Numbered from the whole stretch's first letter, positions 28,563-39,158 are shown. The stretch: 63,739 nt of DNA, filler included, from Guillardia theta CCMP2712 (GCF_000315625.1; 6 parts of 6 records of this genome joined end to end with filler, not necessarily neighbours in it), one strand, 5' to 3'. Notes: generated by a model from the sequence alone, not told the origin. Program-made: numbers and translations.

Positions 28563-29345
28563 TAACCAGCACTGCTGGCAACTGTCAGCAGTATCTGAGT
28601 TTTACTCGCAGAAGTCAAAAAGTGCCTCAAGCAAAACAGACCCGGCACCGCCAGCCCACGCGCGAAGCCGCGCAGACAAGCAGCCGAAGGGTCAAGCAAC
28701 ACTGACAGTCTGTAGGATGGGTAACAAGCAGCAGGAGGGGACGTCCGAAATGAAACCCCCTTAGACGCGATACCCGGAGGCAGCCGACTGACCACCACAC
28801 CGTGGCAGTGTCAGTCGAGACGTCCGCCGCCGCCGTAAAGCTGGCGGCCGCGAACGGAGAAAGAGCAGCCGTCGACAAGAACCTCCATGCACACAGCGCC
28901 ACAGCGGCGAGCCTCGGAGAAGCTGCACAACCGTCACACACAAAAAAACAAGACCAAAAGTAACCAGCACTGCTGAGGAAGATTTACTGGCAGAAGGTAA
29001 AAAGTGCCTCAAGCAAAACAAAGCAGGAACAAGCTAAGCCTGCTTGCACACAGCGCACAGCGAGAAGCTGCACAATCACACACAAAACACAAGCCCGAAA
29101 AGAACCAGCACTGCTGGCAACCGTCAGCAGAACCGTCAGCCCAAGCGCGAAGCCGCGCAGACAAGTAGGGAGGGTCAAGCAACAGTCTGTAGGAGGGGTA
29201 AGGAGCACCCCGAGCAGCAGGAGGGGACGTCCGAAATGAAACTGGCTTAGACGCGATACCCGGAGGCAGCCGACTGACCGCTGTCAGTCGACACGTCCGC
29301 CGCCGCAGAGGCCGCGGACGGAGAAAGGGCAGCCGCCGACAAGGA
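28563..29345 (+). repeat. Degenerate direct repeats (copy A 28563-28880, copy B 29103-29345, partial 28961-29040)
   Basis: Shared blocks AACCAGCACTGCTGGCAAC, GCGCGAAGCCGCGCAGACAAG, GCAGCAGGAGGGGACGTCCGAAATGAAAC and TTAGACGCGATACCCGGAGGCAGCCGACTGACC. Confidence 0.9.
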
Positions 29346-29853
29346 GCCGATCTGCCCGGGGGTCCGCCGGGGGCAGCGGACAGAAGGAGGCTGGACACAG
29401 GAGCACGGTACCGCTCGAGGGGACGCATCCAGTCCTCCTCACTGGGCCTCCGAGTCAGTGGTAGGCACTTTTTCCCTCTCCTGCTTGCTCCCCCCCGACG
29501 GGGTCCTTGGGCACTGCTGCAGCGTCGTCGCCGTCAAGGGTGGTGTTGGTCTCGGGTACCGCTGACTCGGAGGACAGTGAGGAGGACGAGGTGAGTTTTA
29601 CTCGCACAAAGTAGAAAGTGTCTTAAGCAAAACAAAGCAGGAACAAGCGAAACCTGCATGCACACAGCCGGACTGTCTGCATTACTCGGAGCGGTACCGT
29701 CAGCATGCGCCCAGCCTCCATGTGTCCGCTGTCCCACTGGCGGACCCCCGGGCAGATCGGCTCCTTGTCGGCGGCTGCCCTTTCTCCGTCCGCGGCCTCT
29801 GCGGCGGCGGACGTGTCGACTGACAGCGGTCAGTCGGCTGCCTCCGGGTATCG
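29254..29853. repeat. Perfect 115-bp inverted repeat (29254-29368 / 29739-29853), 370-bp spacer
   Basis: Arm CGATACCCGGAGGCAGCCGACTGACCG...GGGGGTCCGCC is the exact reverse complement of GGCGGACCCCCGGG...CCTCCGGGTATCG. Both strands translate to the identical peptide GGPPGRSAPCRRLPFLRPRPLRRRTCRLTAVSRLPPGI. Confidence 0.95.
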
Positions 29854-30525
29854 TGTATAAGGGCGTTCACGTCCCATGCTGTGCCGGTCTCACGGTGCTC
29901 GTTGCTCGCCCCTCTCTGCTGTCTACGCCGGTGGCTTCCCGCGTGGGCTGGCAGTGTAGTGCTGAGTTTTACTCGTATACTGAGGTAAAAAGTGCCTCAA
30001 CTGAGCAGAAGAAAGCAGCAACAAGCAAGACCGTCAGGCAGAGAGCACACAGCAACGTGTAGGGTCTGGTTGCCAGCAGTGCTGGCACCAGACAGGAGCA
30101 CCTCCAGCGTCAGCTGCATGGTGAGGCGCTGATAGGTGGCGGCGCGTTTGCGAGCCAAGACCTCAGCAGCAGGTCCGTCATCAGGCACGAAGTGCCGACC
30201 AAATGCCACATCCTCGAGAGGCAACGAGCGCTGAGCGATGATGTCCGCCAGATACCAGATGAAGCAGAGGGTGTCAGGATGCAGGGTACCGTCCGTCGAG
30301 ATGGCAACTTGGAGGGAAGAACGGGTGAGGAGGAGTAGTCATGCATATCCAGCGCTTCGCGGCGTTTGCGAATGGCGATGACTAGATTTGAAGCTGCAGA
30401 TGTTTCGTTTCTCTTCGTTCAGCCTNNNNNNNNNNNNNNNNNNNNNNNNNNNNNNNNNNNNNNNNNNNNTTAATTAATTAANNNNNNNNNNNNNNNNNNN
30501 NNNNNNNNNNNNNNNNNNNNNNNNN

Positions 30526-30650
30526 GCTGAATGAATCAGAGAAGCATCGGCTCTTTTCGCGCTAGTTGTTCGCATGCACACATAAAGTTCGGCACTTGCC
30601 TGCCCCGGAGTGACAATCTTCATTGCGACAACCTGGAGTGAGGATGAGGA

Positions 30651-30733
<83 letters not shown>

Positions 30734-31020
30734 TGTAGACTACCTGCTCATCCACCGGAGGTAGCGACGCCCCGGTGCCGTGAGCAGACACTTGCATGAA
30801 ACCTGGTCGTGATCGTCAGCCACCGTATCATCGGAAGAAGTTTGAAAGACCTCCAATCTGCTGCTCGCTGATAGAAGCTAAGTTCTGCATGCGATCCCTT
30901 GATCAGTTTTCGGGTCGTCTCATCGAGTCATCATGCTGAGGAGGAGGGAAAGAGGTTGGAAGGTGACGAAGAAAGAGAATGAAAGGGAGTGAGGAGAGGG
31001 GAGACGACGACGAAGACGAG

Positions 31021-31053
<33 letters not shown>

Positions 31054-31951
31054 CAAACCTGCAAAGTCAGCCCATAGGGCTTGAGGGCTTCTAAGACCTG
31101 CAGAGCAAGGGACCTCAACAACAAGAGGAGGAGGAAGCACAGGATCGCTCTACCTGGCTGACCCTCGCTCCGGCCTGTACCGTTATCTGCTTCTTCTCCT
31201 TGTCTACAGCGAGCACCTTGTCCATCAGTGACATGTTGATCATCCCGTCGCCGTCCAGCCCGATGCCGTTGGGTGACAGCCCTGCTCCGATCACATGCAG
31301 CCGCGTCTTGTTCTTGTGCGCCTTCTTCACTAGCTCCTCCAGCTCCCCGAGGTCCTGCGGCTGGAAGAACCTCCTCGTCGTCACCGAGTGAGTCGCCGAC
31401 CAGTTGGTCACGACCTGCTCGTCTCCCTCCTCCAGCAGCTTCGCGCGGTTGAGCTGCTTCTGCTTCTGCTCCTGGTCGTAGATGTAGAAGCAGAAGCCAA
31501 GGAAGGCCTGCAGCACCATCAAAATCTAACCTCCCTTCCCTCCCCTTCCCTCCCCTGTATTTCCTGTACTCTCCTTTCCTCCCCTCCGTCTCATCTCCTC
31601 TCCTCTCCTCTCCCCCCCCTCTCCTCTCCTCCTCGTTCTCCTCCTCGTCTCCTCCCTTCCTCCTCCTCCAGTACTCACCGCCGTAGGGACCCCGACGTAC
31701 ACCGATCTCATCGCGCGCTCGTTGCTGTTAAGGTTCTGGAACTCCTCGCTCTTCCCTCGGTAGTAGCTGTAAGGATCCTCTTTCTCCAAGACCTCATGTG
31801 CCTGTTGCATCTTTCGCGTCTCCCACACGCTCCTCCTCTGCTGCCCTTGCATGCTGCTGCACCACGTCCAGCCCTGCGCCCTGGGCATGAAGCTCGGCTG
31901 GGAGACTGCCTTGCAGAAGCGCCAGCATCGTTGCATGACGAAAGTTTTCAT
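30526..31951 (-). CDS. GLDH: L-galactono-1,4-lactone dehydrogenase (mitochondrial, ascorbate synthesis), N-terminal part only
   Basis: Presequence and TM segment, then NWSATHSV..FFQP..GAGLSPNGIG..GMINMSLMDKVLAVDKEKKQITVQAGARVSQ|VLEALKPYGLTLQ|NLASISEQQIG..|QVSAHGTGASLPPVDEQ|VVAMKIVTPGQ. The GLSPNG motif has Leu in place of the covalent-FAD His, as in plant-type GLDH. Confidence 0.9.
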
Positions 31952-32809
31952 CCTCCTGCTCTCCCCGTCACTGAGGATATATCCATCCTAAGAAGCAGAA
32001 CAACTTCATCCTCCCTACTTCCCGTGTCATCCATGATAGGAATCGAACTGTCTCACTGCGTGTTGGTCGTTGTTGATATCCTATCATCCCTAGATCCCAA
32101 CATATTTCTTGTATCGTTCTTCTCATCTTCTCTCCTCCGCTCCTCCTCTCCCGTCCTGCTCTTCCCTCTCCACTTTCCTGTCAACTCTACAGCTCTTTTG
32201 CTTCTCTTCTCCCTCCTCTTCTCTCCTCTCCCTTCCCATCTTTGCTCATCTTTCGCTGCTCTGCTCTGCTCTGCTCTGATCATCCTCCCTTGAGTTTCTC
32301 CTTCCTGCTCCCCTCCTCCATTCCTCCTCCTCCCTCGCTTCCTGCCGCTCAGTGCATTTCTTCCCCTTTATTGACTGAAAAAGAAGGGCAAACCATTTCG
32401 TGCATTTCATCACAATATTTCGCGTTCTACCCACCCCCACCGCCCCCCTTCTCTACCCACTTATTTCCCGTTCACCACCCCCTACAAGTTTCCGGCCCCC
32501 CTTCTACACTTGATCCTTCCTACACTAACCCCCGTCCCCGTCCTCTCCGCTCTGCTCCGCTCTGCCCTGCCCTGCCCTGCCCTGCCCTGCCCTGCTCTCC
32601 TTTCAGCTCAGCCTCACTCACTCGGCATCATCATTACCAACATCCTTTCGTCTGTCCTCCCATTCCTCCTCCTCCTCCTCCTTCAAGCTGCCCATCCTCT
32701 CCTGTCATCAGCCTTTTACTTTCCGCGCACGCTTTTCCTCCGGGGTATAGCGAGCAGGGTGCGCGCTCGAGTTCTCTCCTCCTCCTTTCCTTCTCGCGCT
32801 CATCCTGTC

Positions 32810-34026
32810 ATGCTCGTGTCGAGCATGTTTGACGGCCCGGTAGACATCATCGGGGACGTGCATGGAGAGATAGGCGCACTGCTGTCTGTGCTTGACGTGC
32901 TTGGCTACAACGGGCATGGCGAACATGCTGAGGGGAGGCGTCTCGTGTTCGTGGGAGACGTGGTGGATCGAGGACCGGACTCGGTCCGCTGCCTGCAGGT
33001 GGTGAGGGGGATGGTAGAGAGCGGGAGAGCGCAGATGGTTCTGGGCAATCACGAGCTGAACCTGCTCCGAGGGTCGAGGAAGCATGGAAACCTGTGGTTT
33101 TGGGGGGAGGAGGAGGTGATAAGGAAGGACAAGGCCAAGATCAGCTTCCAGACCCTTGCAGACGAGGCCTTCAGGGAGGAAGCGCTCTCGTTCCTACGGA
33201 AGTTGCCGTTGGTGCTGGAGCGAGAGGACTGTCGAGTCGTGCATGCTTGTTGGGACGATGAGTCCATCAGCAAGTTGCGCAGCTCCCCCGGAGACGTCAT
33301 GGACGCGTACAGGAAGTTCCAAGAGGAGGTGAAGCACCGGGATAGTGAGCTTGCGGCGAGGAGGAGCGAGCAGGAGGGGATGGCGCGGGACATTGAGATC
33401 GAGCGGGAGCTCAACAGGCAGAACGGAAACCCGGTCCTTGTGACTTGCAGCGGCAAGGAGGAACGAGCGGCCGAGAGGTTCTTTGCCGGAGGGAAGTGGA
33501 GGGACGTCGACCGTAATCGATGGTGGAACAAGTACGAGGAGGAGAAGCTGGTGGTGTTCGGACACTACTGGCGCTCCTTCCCTCGCTCTCTTTCCCTCCC
33601 CCTGGAGATCCAAAACTTCAAGCCATCTGGTCCTGACATGTTTCCTGACGTCCCTGCCAACAAACTCCTGGGCCCGAGGCAGTCTGCGTGCTGCATCGAC
33701 TACTCCGTCGGGTGAGGGAGGAAAGAGAGGGAGGGGGTGGGAGGGGGCGGAGGAGGAATCAATAGATGGAAGGGGGAGGGGGGACGGTGGGGGATGCAGA
33801 GGGACGGAGAAACGGGAGCCTTACATTGTTGCAAGGATTCGATATGAGGAGAGAGGTATGAGGCTTCATCCGGGAGGTGAGTAGCTGAGAGGATGTGGCC
33901 CTACAGAAGCAGACTGACTGACTTGACTCTTGCTCAGCCCTCGGCACCAAGTTGTGCGCTCTTCGCCTCCCGGAGAGACAGCTTGTCTTCGAGGACTCCA
34001 GCACCCTTCCGTTGGAAGCGACTTGA
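32810..34026 (+). CDS. Calcineurin-like metallophosphoesterase, bacterial ApaH/PrpE-like subgroup
   Basis: Motifs GDVHG, GDVVDRG, GNHE, VVHACW, VFGHYW, CIDYSVG. Last exon ALGTKLCALRLPERQLVFEDSSTLPLEAT* ends with TGA at 34024-34026. Confidence 0.88.
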
Positions 34027-34160
34027 TGCATGGCGGGTGAGCAGGACAGGGCATAAATGAGCTGACTGATCTCGGTCGTGACTTATATGATACAGTTTAT
34101 GGTAACACTATCATCACCCCACTTACACTCTTGCTCTCACTCCGCCTGATGCGCTTCCTT

Positions 34161-35258
34161 CTAGTCCCATGGCGTGAGGAACACAGACGCCTCCCGGAAG
34201 ATGCTTTCGGCTGTCCATGGAGAGTGGACCGGGAGAGGGCTGGGAGTCCTGGGCTCAAGAGAGGAGCACCTGGCCCTCTTCGATCCGTCCCACCGGTCGA
34301 AGCTGCTGCTACGAGAGAGAGAGACAGGACGAGACTCCGGCAGCTCCTCCGACTCCTCCAGCTCCTCATACAGCTCACGCGACGTGGCCAAGACCCTCGG
34401 CTGCGTTGGCGCTTGAGCTAGCGGTACCACCTCCTCCTCGGGCTCGGCCTTAACGCAGAAGTCGTGCATGAGCCACGCCTCGTCCGTGTAGAGCTGCTGC
34501 ATGTGCTTGTCGTCCTCCTCACACTTGCTCTCATTCCGCCCATCGCTGCGATCCACTAGCCCGTGAACTGCACGCGAGCCCCCCTCCATCTCCTCCTCCT
34601 GCTGCTCCTGCTGCTCCACCTCCTGCTCCTCTGCTGATGGCAAAGCACCATGCAAGACCGGCCCTGGCCCATGCTCTGCCGCGCCCTGCCTGCCAACATC
34701 CGGCGTCGCGCTCTTGTACTCATCGAGCAGAGGCGAATCTTTGCCAGAGCGCTTCTTCTCCCAGCGCTCGGGGTCGAAGACCCACTCCATGGACCACATG
34801 AAGTCTGCCTTCTGCTGCTGCTCGGCTGAGGCATAGCGAGTGTTGACCTTAGGGCGTATGCCGAGGCTGTTGAGGAAGCGGTAGATGATCTGAGCATGGT
34901 TGGTGCCCTCGCTGCTGCTCCGGTTGGCATCCTTCCAGAAAGCGTTGGTCTTGACCATGTCGATCATGACGTCGTGGAAGTATGGCTGCGTCACTTGGAT
35001 CTCGCTGAAGCCCAGCATGCAGTTATCATCTCTCCCTATCACAGTCACGAGGCCTGCGGATGCGAGGTTGCGCAGCAAAGCAGCGAGGGAGACCAAGCGC
35101 TGTCTTGGAGAGGGTCGGAGGTGGTGTAGGGGAGGAGCAGGAGGAGCAGGGAGGAAGGTATGAGCAGGGGGAAGAGCAGGGGGAAGAGCAGGGGGAAGAG
35201 CAGGGGTAGTGGAGGACCCTCTGGCAAGGAAATCTGTGGGTACGGCGGTGGAGGACAT
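34161..35258 (-). CDS. Intronless protein with divergent HSF-like (winged helix) candidate domain, copy 1
   Basis: Single 365-aa ORF. The globular segment LAALLRNL..FSEIQV..FWKDA..IIYRFLNSLGIRP..WVFDPERW loosely parallels HSF FVRQLNxYGF..WEF, and is followed by an acidic low-complexity tail. Confidence 0.6.
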   Translation of the reverse strand: MSSTAVPTDFLARGSSTTPALPPALPPALPPAHTFLPAPPAPPLHHLRPSPRQRLVSLAALLRNLASAGLVTVIGRDDNCMLGFSEIQVTQPYFHDVMIDMVKTNAFWKDANRSSSEGTNHAQIIYRFLNSLGIRPKVNTRYASAEQQQKADFMWSMEWVFDPERWEKKRSGKDSPLLDEYKSATPDVGRQGAAEHGPGPVLHGALPSAEEQEVEQQEQQEEEMEGGSRAVHGLVDRSDGRNESKCEEDDKHMQQLYTDEAWLMHDFCVKAEPEEEVVPLAQAPTQPRVLATSRELYEELEESEELPESRPVSLSRSSSFDRWDGSKRARCSSLEPRTPSPLPVHSPWTAESIFREASVFLTPWD

Positions 35259-35261
35259 CAC

Positions 35262-35916
35262 TGGGTGGAGTTGGGTGGTTTCAGGTGAGGGTCCGTAAAT
35301 TCACTAGCTGGGTGGGGTATGGGGGTCCGTAAAACAGGACTCCGGGAAGGGGATAGGGGGGTGGGTGGTTATAGGTGACTAGGTGGGTGGGGTGGTCACA
35401 GGAAGCGTGGCAAGCGTGGCAAGGGAGAAGTGTTGTGAAGCTCAAGGCCCTGACCGATTGTTTATCGGCCCTGAGCAGGGGACGGTTAGAAACCGTTACA
35501 TCCCGGTACAAAACCAATCTATATGTTTTTAACTCTGCAATCTTTAAAATCATTTATTGGGCTCGTCCTCTATTGAATCTATGGGTCTAGGGGGTAGGGT
35601 AGAATGAGCATCTTCCAAGGGTGGGTGAGAGCATTTTTGCCTTGAAGAGGGTAGGTAGTCTGCATGTACCCCTAAGGACCAACAGGGGGTACACAATGAT
35701 CTACGCACCGGTGACAGACAGAAGCGTTCAGACTACCCCCTTGAGGGTGGTGGATGAGAGAAGGACGGTGGGGGTGTAGATCAAAGGTACGGTAGGGGTG
35801 GGGGAAGCGATGGGAGTAGTGATTGGGCTGGGGTAGACTTGTGGATAGGGTGCGTGAATCAATGGGGTAGACTGACATAGAGCCGAAGGGGTGGTGAAAG
35901 ATATATTCATCACGGG
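35262..35916. promoter_or_regulatory. GGGT-rich spacer/putative bidirectional promoter between inverted duplicates
   Basis: Very dense GGGTG/GGGTA/GGGGT words, no ORF with coding signature. Confidence 0.45.
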
Positions 35917-36513
35917 NNNNNNNNNNNNNNNNNNNNNNNNNNNNNNNNNNNNNNNNNNNNNNNNNNNNNNNNNNNNNNNNNNNNNNNNNNNNNNNNNNNN
36001 NNNNNNNNNNNNNNNNNNNNNNNNNNNNNNNNNNNNNNNNNNNNNNNNNNNNNNNNNNNNNNNNNNNNNNNNNNNNNNNNNNNNNNNNNNNNNNNNNNNN
36101 NNNNNNNNNNNNNNNNNNNNNNNNNNNNNNNNNNNNNNNNNNNNNNNNNNNNNNNNNNNNNNNNNNNNNNNNNNNNNNNNNNNNNNNNNNNNNNNNNNNN
36201 NNNNNNNNNNNNNNNNNNNNNNNNNNNNNNNNNNNNNNNNNNNNNNNNNNNNNNNNNNNNNNNNNNNNNNNNNNNNNNNNNNNNNNNNNNNNNNNNNNNN
36301 NNNNNNNNNNNNNNNNNNNNNNNNNNNNNNNNNNNNNNNNNNNNNNNNNNNNNNNNNNNNNNNNNNNNNNNNNNNNNNNNNNNNNNNNNNNNNNNNNNNN
36401 NNNNNNNNNNNNNNNNNNNNNNNNNNNNNNNNNNNNNNNNNNNNNNNNNNNNNNNNNNNNNNNNNNNNNNNNNNNNNNNNNNNNNNNNNNNNNNNNNNNN
36501 NNNNNNNNNNNNN

Positions 36514-37006
36514 GCCATCAGCAGAGGAGCAGGAGGTGGGGCAGCAGCAGGAGCAGCAGGAGGAGATGGTGGAGGAGATGGAGGGGGGCTCGCGTGCAGT
36601 TCACGGGCTAGTGGATCGCAGCGATGGGCGGAATGAGAGCAAGTGTGAGGAGGACGACAAGCACATGCAGCAGCTCTACACAGACGAGGCATGGCTCATG
36701 CACGACTTCTGCATTAAGGCCGAGCCCGAGGAGGAGGTGGTACCGCTAGCTCAAGCGCCAACGCAGCCGAGGGTCTTGGCCACGTCGCGTGAGCTGTATG
36801 AGGAGCTGGAGGAGTCGGAGGAGCTGCCGGAGTCTCGTCCTGTCTCTCTCTCTCGTAGCAGCAGCTTCGACCGGTGGGACGGATCGAAGAGGGCCAGGTG
36901 CTCCTCTCTTGAGCCCAGGACTCCCAGCCCTCTCCCGGTCCACTCTCCATGGACAGCCGAAAGCATCTTCCGGGAGGCGTCTGTGTTCCTCACGCCATGG
37001 GACTAG
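36514..37006 (+). CDS. Inverted duplicate (copy 2) of the 34161-35258 gene; 5' part hidden in gap 35917-36513
   Basis: C-terminal ~160 aa nearly identical to copy 1 (PSAEEQEV...IFREASVFLTPWD), with a few substitutions (V->I) and indels in the Q/E tract. Confidence 0.85.
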
Positions 37007-37259
37007 AAGGAAGCGCATCAGACGGAGTGAGAGCAAGAGTGTAAGCCTCCGTGGGGTGATGATAGTGTTATCATAAACTGTATCATATAAGTCACGACCG
37101 AGATCAGTCAGCTCATTTTACCCGCCATGCATCAAGTCGCTTCCAACAGCACAGCACACAGCACAGCACACAGCACAGCACAGCACAGCACAGCACAGCA
37201 AACGAGGTGATCAGGGAGGAAACGGAGGGGGCGCGCCTGAGGGGGAGGCGTCCTCGTTT

Positions 37260-37500
37260 TCAACTTGCCAGCCGCTCATCCCTCCCATGCACAGGCGATA
37301 TTGCTGGACTCGGATCGGACCGGTCGCCCCCCGTCGCCGAGTCACGGTCCACAGTCAGTGATCGGACATTCAGAGTCTGGGGCCCGGTCCGCACTGACTG
37401 AGTTCCGGCCGAACCGGGTCACCGGTGCCCGGCAGGATCGGACGGCCCATATCGGACGGACCCGGCGGCGTCTTGTGACTCATCAGGCTGCCTGAGTCCG
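37260..37500. other. CCGG/GAGTC/GATCGG-rich intergenic block
   Basis: Non-periodic concatenation of GATCGGAC, CCGG, GAGTCA, TCAGTGA and GGCCCGG words. Confidence 0.7.
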
Positions 37501-37830
37501 ATGTAGTCAAGGCAATGGGGTACAATAGTCAAACTTATCCATCTATAGTCAAATGTTTTTACCCGCAAATAGTCAAGATCTGTACCACCCCCATGATCAG
37601 CATCCGTCTAGGGGTATAACCCCTGTATTTGATATAATAAGAGGGGGTGCGGTGGTCTCAAAGTACCCACCCCCATGTACCAAGGCGGGCACATGTCCTC
37701 TAAACTTGCTCTTTTAGATGACCCCTTCCTAATCAACAATACCCCTTCTTAATCCATAAAAATAAGGGGTATTTTTACAGAAATAGGGACCCCACCCCTC
37801 TATACCGTTTTTAAAACAAGTTCAGTATTC
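37500..37830. promoter_or_regulatory. GGGGT/ACCCC-rich block upstream of aspartic protease
   Basis: GGGGTA, TACCCC and ACCCCC words in AT-rich context, immediately after the CCGG block. Confidence 0.4.
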
Positions 37831-38192
37831 CATGATTCCCCCGAGCAGCAACGATGGCATATTGAGTTGGGAGAGGAGGGGAGCGAGGAGGAAGAGGAAG
37901 AGGATATCACCCTTCATGATATTTTCGTCTTGTTCGTGCTGTATTTGTCACTACAAACTCGTTCTTGTTACCGCGAGTCTCCTCAAGTCATGCTCCGAAA
38001 TGTGCGGACTTCTTTGGTTTCCTGCAAGGATGTCATGTTCATTTTGATTTGACTGTATCAACGTAAAATATCGCATGCGATCAATCTCTGCTGACTGCAT
38101 TTGAGTTTGTTTAGATCTCACATTTGCTGTTGAAAGGTTTGAAACCAAACGAACGATGGGCACTAGAAGAGATAAATAGTAGGATCTTCACC

Positions 38193-39123
38193 ATGGCACC
38201 AACAGCAGGAAACACGCTCTTGCTGTGTTTACTTTCAGCACAATGGAGTGCAGTGCCTGGTATTGTACCGGGCTCGAACCTTCTTGGGTATGTTGCATTA
38301 TTATGAGCAGACATGAAAACAGTCTGAAATCTTTTTTGTTGGCCATCAAGACTGAAGGATTTTGAGCGGAATCGAGCTGAGATGATCGCTCAGCTGGCAC
38401 GAACAACTAATGGTTCGTACTTTCAGTTCGCTGACAGTTTCAGTTCGCTGACTCATTGCATGGCTACCATGAACTTCTGACTTTGGCAGGGTTTGAATCG
38501 CATCAGGTATAGTTTGTTGGAGGAGAGGGATCCTGCTGAAGTTTCATTTCCTTCTTGTAGAGGTCTATGCGAAGATTGCTAGAGGAGGAGGACAAGCGGG
38601 AGACAGGTGTCTAACAACTTCGCAACGTGCTCTCATGCTGACTTTTCGTCTGCAGCCTTGTCTCGCTCAACCCATCAGCTCAAGAACGCAGATCAGATCT
38701 CTCAGGTAGGCTTGCTGATACAGGCACCCGCATTTCTGACCTCGAACATCCTACAGGACGATCTTCACTTCGATCCAAGGAACTCTTCAGTCTACGATCC
38801 GCTGCGGAGCAAGACTTTCAGGTCGGAGGCAGCCAGTCACCTGCTGTCTGCCGTGCGATTGAACTTTGTCCTCGTTCTCAGTCTGGTTCCGAAAGCTGTC
38901 TTTCTCCTGAGCTATGCGGACGAGACGCATCTCAAGGGGTTTCAGAGCAAGGATGTCGTCAAGGTAGGATCTCCTCCCCTCCTCCTCCTCCTCCTCCTCC
39001 ACTAGCTGACATCGCGCGCAAGCTGGGAGATTACTTCGTCGAGACTAAGTTCGGATCCGTCACGGAGTGCAACAGTCCTGTATGCTGACCTTTATTTCTG
39101 CTCTCCCTTCCCCCTTCCCCCTT

Positions 39124-39158
<35 letters not shown>

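Larger units (their letters stand above)
27383..30425 (-). mobile_element. Degenerate RLE-type (CRE/R2-superfamily-like) non-LTR retrotransposon remnants: 3' end of one copy, repeat-rich spacer, possible 5' ORF of a second copy
   Basis: Intronless, microsatellite-free contig. Minus strand 30310-29997 reads (frameshifted FFP)..VAISTDGTLHPDTLCFIWYLADIIAQR..ARKRAATYQRLTMQLTLEVL, resembling the C-terminal restriction-like endonuclease tail (F.P...ST.G.LH). Internal direct and inverted repeats at 28563-30090, and an intronless Pro/Ser-rich 316-aa ORF at 28285-27383. No RT domain is visible. Confidence 0.55.
34011..37147. repeat. Recent inverted segmental duplication (visible arms 34011-34641 and 36514-37147)
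   Basis: Homology extends through the 3'UTR to GTTGGAAGCGACTTGATGCATGGCGGGT on both arms, with small indels. Confidence 0.95.

Noticed and set aside
28400-28563. HDV-like or hammerhead ribozyme at the putative retroelement 5' end
   Set aside because: Could not build the nested pseudoknot or find CUGANGA/GAAA cores by eye; left as a check only.
35262-35916. GGGT-rich tracts as interstitial telomere repeats
   Set aside because: No fixed-period unit such as TTAGGG/TTTAGGG; words are irregularly spaced.
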